DNA of 64,000 nt from Nitrosopumilaceae archaeon (GCA_965207375.1 CBDBMG010000003.1:800001-864000); one strand, 5' to 3'. Shown: positions 40,474 to 54,822, counted from the stretch's first letter. A program made the numbers and translations. The notes: generated from the sequence alone by a model not told the origin.

Positions 40474-41359
40474 CGGTACCGCTCAGTTTAAACTTGACAC
40501 TTGCACGCGTGTGTCACTGTAGTCGCTCGCAGATTTTGCCAGGCAACTCGCGAGTTACGCGCAAGCGCACAACAAATCGATCCTCGTGACGAGTCATATG
40601 CACATGAAGTGCACTCAAGAGAAGGTTACCCTGCTCGCGAGCTGTCTCACGTTACGTGCGCTTGTTAGTGCCTCGCGAGTTATGCACGCGTGTAGTTTGT
40701 CTCTCCTCGTGATTCTAGTAATACTCAGCATTATCATCTAACATACCAGCTGTGAAACTACAGATAATCATCCTGGAGTAGATTTCTTCGTCGACAAATC
40801 AAGCGCGGGCGCTTACAGTTGTAATACGGGTGCCTAACACGTGTTTATAATAAGCTTCTTATATTTTAGGGCGCCAATAACACGTGTTAGTGATTTAGTA
40901 GTTTTTATAGTTTGTTGCAGTCTTTGGGAAGCAAAGGAAAGGCCTACAGTAGATTGGAAAAGAGGTAGTACTGTAACTACTACATTGCTGTTGGTTAAAG
41001 TCTTCCTGCTCGGTTCCACACAATTAAATTATATCACCGAATGTCTTAAAACCTTTGATAGATCTCTAGCAATGATTATATGATAGAGCTAGGCCTTTCC
41101 ACTTTATTAATTTCACCCCATGCATTAGCCATGCGAGTGCATCTGTTTGCGTGCGATAGGCTTCTGGCGTGCCTCGTGACGTAGCTCACACATGTCGTGT
41201 CGAGTGTATGCTCGCTCGCGGGCAGTGTATTTTATTGTGCATATATGCTCTCGTGCCATACAACCAGCATGCGAGTAACTCGCGTGTGCTTCGACAAAAT
41301 CTGTTAAATGCACACGTGTTTGCTGCACGCGAGTGTTAATTTTAAACTGAGCTGTACCG
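40474..41359. mobile_element. Non-autonomous CGGTAC-ended element, TA TSD
   Basis: TA|CGGTACCGCTCAGTTTAAA ... TTTAAACTGAGCTGTACCG|TA; CpG-rich subtermini. Confidence 0.85.
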
Positions 41360-41645
41360 TAACAGTTAGAAACCATCTTTATCCAAAAATCGCGCCTAGA
41401 ATATGTACATCATTGATAGTTTAGGAATTTTTACTAATTCCTATGGAGTGTGCCACTCCGTGTACAATCCTGGTTACGTAGTCTATATAATCTATGATTC
41501 AAGTAACACACAAATTTACATCAATTAAAAACTGCATGGTTACATCATTGTTTAGCTATATACATTCATCACATAAAAATTCATCAGGTTCTTCCACAAT
41601 CCCCACACAAGTGAAGTGAAACCATCGTTCACATAAATCACAACT

Positions 41646-41984
41646 TGTAATAACCGTACAGAACTAGTTATTAAAGAGAGCCACTTGGGACTAGCTGATT
41701 ATTCAGTGCTCATAAATATGCTTGAAAGAGGTATAAACAACAGTGTATTTATAGGTACAAAACAGGATACTGAAAGGGTGAGCATACATACGTGCAAATA
41801 CAGTACAACAATGATATAAGGTCATATGTAGTAGCATGAGGTGTAAGTAATTACAAAAGCTAACTCATACCTACGTAGGTATACAATAGAATCCCTATTC
41901 CAGGATGTGCAATCTAATACAAATAGTGATCTAAAACAAGTATTCTTAAATGTCCAAATAAGTAAATGTTCATAAATTATTACA
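41646..41984 (-). repeat. 3' LTR of Gypsy element
   Basis: TGTAATAA...TTATTACA termini, preceded on the minus strand by polypurine tract GATGGAGGAG just after the integrase stop. Confidence 0.7.
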
Positions 41985-41995
41985 CTCCTCCATCT

Positions 41996-44900
41996 TTAGG
42001 ATTGAAAGTCCTCAGGTGGATAACGTTGAGGTGGTATGGAGACACGAGTCGAACGACGCAATGGAGGTTGCTCGGGTTGTGTAACTTCTTGGTTGGATTC
42101 ATTATGCGAATCCAAACTAATGTCAGGTAGATCTGTCCAGTCGGAGGTTGGACTTAATGTGGAGTCTTCAGTGCGGGACTGCAAATGGTCCACATGTCTG
42201 CGTACAATTTGTCCGGTTTCCAATTCTATCATATATGACAAAGGTCCTCTGGCCTTGATGATTGTTCCAGGGATCCAAGCATCATTTGATGGAAATTTGC
42301 GGGCATACACAGCATCTCCTACTTGAAAATGTCTTTCTTTTCTGCATTTATCACAGTGGTTTTGTTGATGTTGCTGTTTTCAGTAAACCTTGTTGTTTAA
42401 ATCTGGTACAGCCAAATCTAGCTGTGTACGTGGTCGTCATCCAAGTAAAACCTCTGCAGGTGAGGTACCCGTCGTATGTGTGTTATGCGATATTGTAACA
42501 GAAAACATAAAAGTTTGGTCTGTAAAGAATCTTCAGCTGGTTTCTTTAAAAATTCTTTAACAGTCTGGATTGCTCTTTCAGCCAACCCATTAGATGCTGG
42601 ATGATAAGGAGCTGAGGTAACATGACAGATTCCATTCAACTTAGTAAAATCCTGAAATTCTTGACATAAAATATGCAGCATTATCAGTTACTAACATTTC
42701 TGGCAAGCCATGTGTTGCAAAAATGTTTCGAAGGTGTTCAATTATAGTTGTCGAAGTTGTTGTTTTCATTATTTTTACCTCCATCCACTTAGAATGAGCA
42801 TCCACCAAGATCAAGAACATGTGACCCAACAGTGGTCCTGCATAATCTAAGTGTACACGACCCCATGGGTGGGAAGGCCATTCCCATGGTTGTAGTAATG
42901 CAGGTGACGGCAAGTGACGTGTCTGCTGACATGGAGCACAAGTTTTAACAGCATCTTCAATAGCTTGATCAATTCCTGGCCACCAAACGTAACTTCGTGC
43001 CAGGTTCTTCATTCTGGACATTCCAGGATTAACTGCTCAATCAATTTCTGTCTACCTGAGGATGGCACTACAACACGATTACCCCCACATTAGACATCCA
43101 TCGTGAATGCTAAGTTCTGCCTGTCGATTCATAAATGGCTTAACATCTTCCGGCTTAAGGTCAGTCACTTTAGAGGGCCAACCTTTCAACATAAATGAAC
43201 GTACTACTGACAACACTGGATCCCGGTTCGTCCATTTCTGAATCTGTTGTGCCGAAACTGGAATTGATTGAAGCATGTCTATTACCAAAAGTGTTTCACC
43301 AGGGATGGGAATCTCTGATGGTATTTGAGGTAATGGCAACCTACTGAGCATGTCAGCATTTGCATGCTTAGATCCAGGTTTGTATACATCTTGTAGTCAT
43401 AAGCTGCTAATGTTAATGCCCATCGTTGAATTCTTGCTGATGCCATGGCTGGCATAGGGTTGGATTCCTTAAATAAATACTGAAGTGGCTTGTGATCAGA
43501 TAAAATAGTGAAATGTCTACCACACAAATATTGGTGGAACTTCTTGACACCAAATATAATTGCTAAACTTTCTTTGTCTAACTGTGAGTAGTGCTTTTCA
43601 GCTGGGGCCAATGTTCTGGAGGCAAAAGCAATTGGCTTTTCATAGCCATCTTCCATTTTGTGGGAAAGCACTGTTCCAATACCATATGGTGACGCATCAC
43701 ATGCTAGTACTAATTCTTTTTTTGGATCGTAATATACTAACAAACAGTCTGAGGTCAGTGATTCTTTAGCTTTAGTGAATGCCTTCTGTTGGTCTGGTCC
43801 CCATTGCCATTTTATCTGCTGCTGCTGGAGCAACCTGTAGAGGGGAGCCAGAATGGTACGTAGATAAGTTAGGGAGGAACTTACAGTAGTAGTTTAACAA
43901 TCCTAAGAATGACTTGAGTTGTGTGACATCCTTAGGTGCTGGAGCTTCATGGTAGAGGTGCAATGATACATGATTTGGGTGTATCGATATATTGCCGCTT
44001 TTGTATCACGATACAGCGATATATTGTACGATACAGTAAAGTGTGAATTAGCTGATTTTCACAGATGAACCAAACCTTTTTCCTAAATTACAACTTTCTA
44101 TAAGCACTAAATATTTGCAGAGCTGTAAAACTGGCAGCCCACAATATACAACTAATGAAATATTGTACGTATAAGTATACAGTTTTAATGTTGATACACT
44201 GCGATATATCGATATATCACGATATTCGATATATCGATACAACTTAAATGTGTATTGATACAGTATCATCGCCTAATGTATCACGATATGGCGATATATC
44301 GATATATTGTTGCATCTCTACTTCATAGATAGCCTGCACTTTTTCACTGGTTGGCTGTAATCCTTGGGCTGAAATTTTATGACCCAGGTACTCAATTGCA
44401 GTTAACATGAAGGAACTGTTGTTGTGTTTGAGCCGAATGCCTGCCTTCTCCAGAAGCAAAAAGACTGTTTCTAATGTCTGCAAATGTTCATCGTTTGCTC
44501 CAGTGATCAGTATATCATCCAAGTATACACAAACATGAGGTATACCTTGGAGAATGGTTTCTATGGCTCTTTGAAAAATTGCCAGGGCTGAAGCCACACC
44601 AATTGGGAGTCGATTATAACAATACAGACCCTTGTGTGTATTGATTGTGGTAAACAGTTGAGAATTCTCGTCCAATGGAATCTGCTAATAAGCATGAGCC
44701 AAATCTAATTTAGAAAATAACTGTCCTCCAGAGAGAGATACAAACAGATCCTCAATACGGGGGAGGGGTATGAATCTGTTTTGGCTGCTCGGTTCACAGT
44801 TAATTTGTAATCCCCACAAATCTTGATGGATCCATCTGCTTTAACAATAGGAACAATAGGAGCTTCCCAATGTGCAAACTCAATATGTCTTATGTATAAC

Positions 44901-45450
44901 ACCATTTTTCTCTAGGCGGTTTAATTCTGCTTCAACCTTGGCTTTCAACGCAAAGGCACTGGCCTTGCCTTAGGAGTAGCATCTGGGTGGATGTGAAATT
45001 TGGCTTTCGTAACCCAATTCCTCATTGAACAATTCTTTATGCCTCTCCACCAGTTCTTGGCAGTGACTTGTTGCTTGGCGGACTTGGTTTAACTAATTCC
45101 AGTCCAGTACAATACTCTTCAGCCAGTTATGACCTAGTAGGCTTGGGCCATCTCCAGTAGTTACAATCAAGGTTACCTGTGCTGTTTGCTTTTGATACGA
45201 AACAGTGACAGATATCTTTCCATTCACTTTGATGGTCTCTCCAGTGTAGGTTTTCAAAATGGAAGAGCATGGTTGTAACAATGGAGTGGAGTGATGAGGC
45301 CATAGGATGTTGTAAGTTATTTCACTGATCACAGATAAGCTGCCCTTGTATCTACCTCCATTTTAAGATCAGCTCCATTGACCTTCACAGTAACCATGTA
45401 GGGCTTTGTGTCTACACTAGTGGAATGATACATTGAGTAACTTGAATCTT
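41996..45450 (-). pseudogene. Ty3/Gypsy pol (protease-RT-RNaseH-integrase), decayed
   Basis: ICGDYKLTVN, VCVYLDDILITG, LACDASPYGIG, ILSDHKPL, ARSYVWWPGID..C..C, HLDYAGP, PYHPASNGLAER; many frameshifts. Confidence 0.95.
43953..44320. mobile_element. hAT MITE inserted in Gypsy pol
   Basis: TIR TAGAGGTGCAA / TTGCATCTCTA, 8-bp TSD CTTCATGG/CTTCATAG, CGATA repeats. Confidence 0.88.
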
Positions 45451-45489
45451 TTGCTTCAGCTGCTTTATTAGCACCTCTCTTCCGGTTTT

Positions 45490-46465
45490 CTTTTATGGTA
45501 CATATATAAATGATCTAACCACATTCTGACATCACCAACTGATAATAAAACCTCTTCAGCAATTTTGGGCACAAACTAATTCAGAAGGCGAGTAAGACTG
45601 CAATTTATCAAACCTCTCTTTGATTACAGCTGATGGAGGCTTTCTCATTGGTGATATGGGTGACAACAAGGATACATACCTGAGGAGGCAAAAAGTGTCT
45701 GGCACATGTTCCTTTGCATTCATTACAGTTAGCACTACCCCAGGGCCTTGCAGGATCAGGAATTGGCAAAGGCAGATGTAAAATCAGTGGTACCAATGTG
45801 GTAGCTGTTTTGTCCACTCCTGCACACAAGATGGCAACATGAAGCATCAAAACAGCAAACAAGGAAAAAATGTATTGTGCAGGCAATTCTTTAATGCTAT
45901 GTAGTTTCTTTAACTGCCACACTGTATCAAAGTAATTGTACAAATCTGGTTTCTCCTTTTCAAAGCTTCCTTTTGCTTCTTATTACCTTTAGCATACTGA
46001 AGAAAGTATTTATGTATTTCTTGATGCTCTAATGAATTTGCTCCGTGATAAAGATGAATAACAGAGTCTCCACATGGACACTTATTCACTCGACTAATAT
46101 AAACATCAGTTGCCAAGTCCATGTTTTTGTCATACTTTTCTTCATCAATTTTTCTTGTTGTTGAGTCCATGCACGATCCTCCTAAAGTTAATGGAATAAA
46201 TACGTTGGCATGTGCCAAAGCCAGGCAGCCATTCTGTAATTCTACACGGTTTAGGTAGCTTGATCCACTATTTTGTGATGTAACAAGACATGCAATTGTA
46301 GATTTTTCTCTGTCCATATAAATTGTACTTCTTCATGTATTGGCCCTTCGTCTGCAGCACATCAGCTTGAATACAAAAAACATTGGTTTGACTTCTAGAG
46401 TTTCCTCTAACATTTCCAAGTCAGCACAGTGCTGAGATGGATTCTTTGGAAAACTCCCTACTGCT
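45490..46465 (-). pseudogene. Decayed second copy of the Zator-like transposase
   Basis: SGSSYLNRVELQNGCLALAHANVFIP and LPLPIPDPARPWGS match 51803-53524. Confidence 0.85.
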
Positions 46466-46880
46466 TTAATTATCCCAAAATAATTTTCTACCAACCATAG
46501 AGACTTCATCAATAATCATATATTGCATACTTTCTAGTAACTGTTGCAACCTTTTGAGATTCTCTCCTTCAAGGTCCTTGAACTCACCTGTAGTAGGTAG
46601 GGATGGAAGTGAGTGGAGGGTGTTACCATCAATATTAAATGCTGCCACTCCCGTTGGCGTAACAACATGGATCTTGTCTTGGAGGAGCAGTCTGAGACAG
46701 TGAGTGAGGTAAGACTTGCCTGTACCAGATGTACCCGATATTACCATACGAAAGGTAGTGGGATTATTACTCTCCATGTGATCTTTTAAGTTGTATGTTG
46801 CCAATTGTTTTCCTTGTAGTTTAGAAGAATCTGCTGCTGTTGTAAATTGATGTAGCAGAGTTGTCTGATGGTGTCTTGTA
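46466..46880 (-). pseudogene. PIF1-family helicase fragment (Helitron-type)
   Basis: GTSGTGKSYL, TPTGVAAFNIDGNTLHSL, IIDEVSMVG. Confidence 0.85.
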
Positions 46881-47354
46881 ATAAATGTAGGCAACTCCTC
46901 TATGTTGGCATAGGCTGTGCTTCCGTTTAGCAGGAGGATCCTTACTACTGCCACTAACAACGCTGTCGGTCTGTGACAGAGTGGCTGCGCCCGCAGGTGG
47001 TTGTATTAAATTTGAGCCACCAGTGGCCCCACTCTTCAAGGTGGCCACATCTGACTGAAGAGTTTGTACTGATGATACGAGCTGCTTGATCAAAGCGTTA
47101 TCCAGTTGAACTGCAGATTGATCCTCGGCCATGGTAATTCGGTAGAAGAGGAGTTACTTCAACTGTCTTAGCCAAAGAAAAAGCCAGTAGAGTGGAGCCA
47201 TGTGGCGTATTTATACTAACACAGGATGATGACCTATTTTGACTGTTTTTGATCACGTGTACTTCAACATCATATGTCATTGTAATTAGTCAATTACATG
47301 TTGATATGGAAACAGAGCCTTCCGAAATGTAATTGTAGTGAGAAAGTATAAACT

Positions 47355-48185
47355 TACACGAAGTTCAGGTGGTACTGCACTAGGGTCCATATTGTTTGTT
47401 ACAGAATACAACTTTGGTACCTCAGAGTCAACACGACAACGGTTACATACACCTGTTACATCAGCCTTAATGCAAGGGTAACGTTCCAAACAAACATCAC
47501 ATAGCACATTTGCTAAGGCAGTCAGGGTTGTATGGAATTGCTGCATTCTCTGGGTTACTTCTGAATCATCAACTTCAAGATTTATACTTTGTGATGGTGA
47601 CAAATTATTGGTATTCTGCTGTTGCTGTCTTGGCTCTTCAATTAGAGCTTCACATTGCACTGTACTCATAGATGCACGTCTATTTCTCTCATACTCTCTA
47701 CACATAGCCAATCTATATAAAGTTGGTCATTACAGGAATATAATCAAGACAAATGGTAGTCATAATTGGAAATGGCTGCAATGTTGTGGGGACTTTCTAC
47801 ATGACACTTTGTCACAAAGTAATTGAACTGTAACCAGAAAAGCAGAGCGGTAAGAGATAATAAACATATTGTGATGTAAAAAGCACTCATCATCCCCATA
47901 TTATGTCGGCCATTTTCATTTTTGTGACATCATTGCAGATATTACCCATTTTATGTAATAACCTTGCTTGTCTCTCTTCAGTTTCATTTTGTCTTATCAG
48001 CCTATCATGATCTCTTCTTCTACTCAGTCTCTCTTCTTTCTCTGACTGACTATCAGCCAACTGCTGCTCGTCTATATATTAAATGCCAGTGCAAAATGTA
48101 AGATTTGCGTTTATAAACCTTGCGTGTCTTTCTTCATCAGTTTCCCTCTGGCTGGCAGCCAACCGTCGCTCCCTTTGCCTACCTA
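47355..48185 (-). pseudogene. Helitron Rep-helicase N-terminal fragment
   Basis: RE-rich repeats (RRLAASQRETDEERHAR) then CDVCLERYP..CNRC..PKLYSVTNNMDP..PPEL. Confidence 0.65.
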
Positions 48186-48439
48186 ATCTACATATTAAAT
48201 GCAACTTTAATCTACACATACGTATGTGAGTTGCTACTCGCATGCTCATGTGTGCTTCCATAGGAACACTTGGTACACTGGTGTGATGCCACTCGAACCT
48301 GAGTGTAATGCCACTTGAAACCCGAATGTATTGCTACTCGAACACAAATGTATTGCCACTTGAACACATGTCTTGTATTGTCACTCATACACACGTGTGT
48401 ACCACTCACGAGTGCGACATTGCACTAAATCTGTACCGT

Positions 48440-49720
48440 AGGATATTGAGCATATGGAAATTGCAATTTTACGAACCATAAAAACCAACATACGTATGTT
48501 TTGCAACAATTGGATTAGTTTCTTCATCATCACCGTCTATTAGTGACTGTTCAAATAAACAAAGCATATTGTTGACACTACCAACATCAACAAATCCCAC
48601 CACTTTGCACTCATGCTTATCATACGTATATACTATTCCCTCTTTAATTTTCATTTCATCAAATATTAATGCCACATAGCTACGTACTTTTGATAGTCTT
48701 CTAGTGTATCCATCTTTGTCACTGATAATAACTGTCTGGTCACATCTGTCTATATTCCAACACCAGCTTTTATATAGTGTGTATAGTCTTGTAGTGTACG
48801 ACCACATGGCAATACAAGTATATGTCTCAAAGTGTCATTTGCTGTACTTGAAATCATCTTAAGATGAAGACACCAATGAATAAGCATTGGGTACCATCGC
48901 CTCTGGGTAGGATGTTTTGCTGTATTTTGATTTGCTCATTCCAAAACAGGCAATAAAAACTATTGGAATTATACTTCTTCTGTATTTCTTCAGAATGCTG
49001 CTTCATGATCTCATTCAGTCCATGATGTAATTCGTCATCAATTGTAATACCTTTCAGTTTATTGCATTCTTTAATCCTCTCCAACAGATAATTATTTTTC
49101 TTTTGTAAATTCTTTAATTTGGATTTTATTTGAATCTTTTTTCTGTCTCTCTGGTTTATTTAGCCACCTCTCATTAAGATGACTATTCATAGTCTTAGAT
49201 GGAGGATAGTCTTAGATGGAGGATAGTCTTAGATGGAGGTGCATTTTGTCATTTAAGCCATCCGTGATATACGTATAGGTCAGAGAATTTCTCAATATGA
49301 TGTGCATTGTGAACATTTACTATTTGTCGGATGTTCTCACTGTTTCAGATAATTTTTGCTTACCATAATCCACCTCAAACTCATCGCAGCTACATCACTA
49401 GCAGAATTCAAAATTATTCCTTTTTTGTTTTTAACCATATTAATAAAATGTTCATCACGATGACCAGGACAGATGTTAAGTTGATCTAGTTGAGAAAGAA
49501 GTTTTGGTAATTAACAATCATCAATTGTGTTGGGTATATCAAACAAAGCAGTGCATACTTCTCTGCTAACTTCATGACCATGTACTGTGACCTTACAAGG
49601 TAAATCTGAATCGATAATCACTAAATGTAATATTTCCAAATTGTGTTTACGAACATCTTGTATTTTATAAAAATGGACTGGTGTATTGCAATTTGAAGCA
49701 GCACACTCCATTCATTTGAT
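48440..49720 (-). pseudogene. Second P-element (THAP9-like) transposase, N-terminal half, decayed
   Basis: RRWYPMLIHWCLHL, YVALIFDEMKIKEGIVY..DKH..VVGFVDVG, AKHMLVFMVR, QFPYAQYP; cut at 48438 by a ..GTACCG|TA element end. Confidence 0.85.
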
Positions 49721-50491
49721 GGTAGTTTAGATTTTTTGATTCTATCAAGCATTATAAATGATGGATTTTGACTGGATAATGATAATCATGACATTGATAG
49801 TATTATTAATGTTATTGATGATGATAATGATTGGGATGACATTAGTGATGATGCTTGCCAAGCTGGTGATGATAGTGATGATGAATGACTAATTTCTAAA
49901 GTGAATATATGCAGTGAATACAAACATGCATGTTTCCCTAACTGATTGTATTAATGCATTGCTATAACTAGCTATCCAATAGCTGTGCAGTTTGGTGGTA
50001 CAAATACTGTATCAATGTTGTGCTCTTCAAGATCCTATCAGTGCACTAAAATTATCAAAAATGCATAAAGCTCTATGATCTTCAGGGAGTTGCAATTGAT
50101 GTCTTTTAAGGCCAATAATTTTATGAATGTATCCATGGTGATTTCATTGCACCAATGATTTGGGGTAATTACATCCCAATTACTAAGAAAAGGGGAAAAG
50201 GCACAGTTGGTAAAGAACCCTTAGTCTTACGTTGGTACACAAGCTGTAATGGTAACGACTCTCCCTCCTGTCATACTTCCTGCTAATATGTACAACTTTA
50301 ATCTACCGCTTGTCGTCATAACATATTACACTCAAATAAATATAATAATATATTAATATTACATATTAATACAATAATAAATTACATATTAATATACAAT
50401 GAAATTAATATATTATAAAACAATATACATAATGAGTACCAAAAATAGGGACAAACCTACGCAAACCTAACCCTTATGGAATTATAATTAT

Positions 50492-50827
50492 ACTAGAATG
50501 ATAAAAAATTAAAAATTTAAAAAGTAAGTAGGGATTGAACTTTGGATTCAATAGTGCTACAAAAAGTAAGGAAACAAGGAATAAGATTTTGGGACGAGAG
50601 AACATTCTGGCATGAGATAATTTATAAAAGTTTAATCCCTACTTTTGGCAAACCTACTGAATGAAGTGAGTCAAAAGTAGGGATTAAACTTTTATAAATT
50701 ATCTCATGCCAGAATGTTCTCTCGTCCCAAAATCTTATTCCTTGTTTCCTTACTTTTTGTAGCACTATTGAATCCAAAGTTCAATCCCTACTTACTTTTT
50801 AAATTTTTAATTTTTTATCATTCTAGT
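50492..50827. repeat. Perfect 156-bp inverted repeat with 24-bp spacer
   Basis: 50492-50647 is the reverse complement of 50672-50827. Confidence 0.92.
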
Positions 50828-51802
50828 TTGTTTACTTTTTATACATGCTAAGCATTCAATAATCTTTTAGCAGGCGCACAAAATGTTACAGGCGCTTACG
50901 TAATAATTATGCTTGTTTACAGGTGCTTGTTAACAACACGCTGACATGGCAAAGCAGCTGTGTGATAGCAAATAACGCTCGAAAAACAGCAAAAGCTATT
51001 TGTCCAAGACTATAATCTCGAAGTTCAGGATGTAATAAAGTGCACGCGAAAACATCGTGCCACTGTAACTAATTATATCACGTGCAAGCCAGTGACGCAA
51101 TAAGCAGAAGCCGTTACAGACTATCGTCACCTTCGGTGAAATTCGCACCTTACTAAGGAATAAAGAAGAACAAGGAAAGGAATGAAGGATAAAGGGAATC
51201 ACCATGGCGCAATGGGTAAATCGTCTTCGGAATAAGATTTTCGTAAATGCGCCGCCATTACCTTTATTGTGTGAAATTTTTGGAGCCCTACACCTAGCGC
51301 AACCTGGTCTTACGGCAGGCTGGCTGGCAGGCTGGCAGGCTGTCAGACGAAATACAGGTGAATTTCGAAATTTTCAAAGTTGGTTGTAGGTCGAAATATT
51401 CGACTTATGCACCTATCATTGTCAAGCCCCAGGTACCCCAGGTCGGGCAGTGGTGGGGATGAGTGGGGATTTGCAATAGTTGGCTTACAAATTCCCCACC
51501 CCTGGGGACAACTTTATGTTGCAAATCCCCTACTGTTCCCTTAGTATGAGGTGGGGATTTGTAGGGAAATCACAAAATAATTCTGTAGCTCGCTAACATG
51601 ATATGCTTTGCTGCAAATCCCCTACTGTTCCCCATAGTATGAGGTGGGGATTAGTAAGAAAATCACAAAAATTAATGATCTACATAGCTTATACCTGTAG
51701 CCAACATAACGATACATACAGTTAGGTACATGCTACATATGTACAACAATTTCTAAATACTGAATGCTAAATATTAAGTCTTCACAAATTCCTCACTACT
51801 GT

Positions 51803-54800
51803 TTACAATTCTTCATTCAAGCATTCTTCACAATAAAAGTTTTCTGGTATGTTCTTATCATTGGTTCCCATGCACACAAAATGAAACCATTTGTCACAAC
51901 CTTCACAAGCTATCCATTTTTCTACTGTATCTGTATAATCTATGTATTGTTCGTTGCATACACCACAGTAATACACATCAGAAAGTTCACTGGCCTGCAT
52001 TGATTGATGTTTAGCCTTTCTATTCATCATACGAGTTCTTGCAGCTTTTATAGCACCTTGTTTTCGATTATCTTTAACAGTTTGTAGGTGTTGTATCCAC
52101 ATTTTCACTTCTTCTGGAGGAAGGAGCACGGTTTTAGCAATTTCTTCTATTTGAAGGTCAGATGGACTTGTCTTCAACTTATCAAATGTTTCTTTAATAT
52201 ACACTGATGGTGGTTTCACCATACCTTGTTGTGGAAGCAACATTGCAACATCAGGTGGTAAAAAATGCCCATAACATACTTTTCCTGTACATTCTGAACA
52301 AGTAGCCGATCCCCAAGGTCTAGCAGGGTCAGGGATTGGTATGGGTAAGTATGAAACATTCGGGCCATTACAGAACCAGTTAGGTAAATCCTTATAGTAA
52401 CCACTCCTGCAGAAGGGATGTGAACATGTGGGTTGGTAACAGCATACTAAATGAAATATGTATTGTGAGCTTTGTAACAAGTGGTTCTTTCTGATGTTCC
52501 ACACATTCTCAATATATGCAAAAGTGCTTGGATCGTCATCTTTCAAAGTACATTTTTGTTGTTTTGATCCTTTAAGAAACTGAATAACTTTTAACCTGAG
52601 TTCCTGATTTTTCATAGAATCAGCTCCTTCAATAACTTCAATGGTGCCTTCTCCACAAGGGCAACCATTAACCCTATTTATATAAACCTCTGTTGCAAGC
52701 TTCATGTTGTTTTTAAATTTGACAGAATCAACTTTTTTGCTTTTTGCATCTAAACATGAGCCTGCAAGAGTTGAAGGGATAAATAGATTAGCATGACCCA
52801 ATGCCATACACCCATTCTGCAATTCAACTCTATTGAGGTAAGATGCCCCACTGTTGCGTGTGGTCACTAGAGTAGATACAGTTGGTGTTTCAATATGCCG
52901 AGCTGTCCAAAAAAACTGTATTTCTTCATGATTGGGTCCTTCATCATTACCTCCGTCCACTCTTACACATTCTATTACCTTTGGTGAATTATTTACAGGG
53001 TCATTAAACACAGGTGAAAGGTGAGGAAGTGTCTGTAAAAAGGCTAAATCTGCAGCATGTTGAGCTGCATTCTTTGGGAACAACCCACTGGCTTTCACAA
53101 CCCCAACACAGACTTCCTGTGTGGTCTGTGTACCACTAAAGTTGTAGGAGGTAGTTTGCAAAGTAGAGGGATATCGATTTACATAGTCAGTATAAGTGGT
53201 AATAGATTCTTGGCCTTGTACTATTGGGGTTCTGTGGAGTCTGTGGGTTGCCATTGTATCTAGCCGAAACCCTGCTGCATCATCTCGATTAATATTTAAT
53301 ATGTGTCTTCCATCCCTGTATTGTAGTAAATTTAATCCTCGGTATAGAGCATTACTCCAATGGGAGTCTGGGTTATACTTAAGTTGAAATCCTTTTCGAG
53401 CTCTCCTACAGGTAACATGTGCAACCCCTTTGTACCTCACAGCAGATTTCCTACGTTTATTACGGGCAACACACAACTGAACTACAGTTCCATAAGAAAA
53501 ACTACGTTGATAAACCCTTTGCAAATGCTCTCTTATGCGATATTTCTTTCTTTAACATAATTCTCTATAACCTCACCAATATCTGGATAGTCTTTCAGTA
53601 TTCCTCTAACTTTCTGACTTTGCTTACGAGCTAGAAAATTCTTTTCCGCTATCATTTTAGCTTTCAAATATCGTGTTCTTCTCTGTATGCTTTTTCTTCG
53701 TTTTATTATAAGCGAACGTGCTTTTTCACTTCTAATATCATCTATTTTGATGTATTTCTCATTATCGGTACAGTCAGAATCACTTACAATTTCACCATTT
53801 ATCTCTGCAGCTTTGTGCTTCCATAGTGGTCTAATAGTATTCAGTTCATTCCAAAATGCACTGTGTGATTCATTTAACAGTTTTTGGTGCTCACTAACTG
53901 ATGACACAGCTTGTGCAAAATACTCTTCTAAGTTGGTAATAATTGTTTCCTCTTCGTCTTCACCATCACATTTGCAGCTTTCCAAAATTTGTGTAATAAA
54001 TTCATACCAGTTGAAATCTGATCCAACCAATAGTTTATCTAACTCTGATGTGGTAGGAAGAGGCTTAAGATTACTGAAACTGCTATCATGATCATCATTC
54101 TTGTCATCTTCATCTTCACTGCTACAGCTCAACTCACCCTGTATTCCTAATGATAACAGCACTGCACTTTCTTGAGTAGAGGCTATATTTTCAATGGCTT
54201 CTCTGATATCACTTGCCTCTTTAAAATAATTCTCAACTGTGGCAAAACGTTCAGTCATGTTTTGCCAACCATATAGTTTGCAAGCAGCTGTTGCAGAAAG
54301 CTGAGAAGTTTGACAGATAATGTGTCGCATAACTTCGCGTTCCCGATTGCTTTGTGCTAATGTAAGTAAATGTTTCATATCTTCTTTAGTAAAATGGGAA
54401 CGATTCTTACTACACATCTTGGACTCCATGATTTCAGTTAGCTTTGCATAATCCAAGCCTTTTAAAGCTTCAAGTAAGTAAACCTCAGCTTTACCACTGC
54501 TGGAGATGCCAATAGTAACTGCCACAAGTGGTAACTGTAAGAGTCTGCGTTTTGCCTTGGTTGATGTGTAGGTAACATCAGGAAAGCAAGCTTTAAATAC
54601 CTGAGAAAGAAGAACTAATCCATGTGCTATGACTATGTTACCTGCTTTAATCATAACTTGACAGTGAGTGCATTTTTGTTGATCATGGAACTGCATACAA
54701 TATTCATGTGCAATATAACAATACTCTACAAGGGAAAGTTCAGTGCATTTACTTACACATATATTATGCTGTATTTTAGTATAATCTTTACAGTAAGCTA

Positions 54801-54822
54801 AATACGGTTTATAAATAGGCAT
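51803..54822 (-). pseudogene. Zator/TP36-like DDE transposase with C-terminal PHD finger (one frameshift at ~53530)
   Basis: NRDDAAGFRLD, RVDGGNDEGP, SGASYLNRVE resemble Zator motifs (QDDKA, VDGGPDENP, SAFNxVE); C-terminal CGVC..WIACEGCDKWFHFVC..FYCEEC (C4HC3 PHD). Confidence 0.75.

Noticed and set aside
50648-50680. Hammerhead ribozyme core in the hairpin loop
   Set aside because: CTGAATGAAG...CAAA does not match the CTGANGA...GAAA core and the required stems are not evident.
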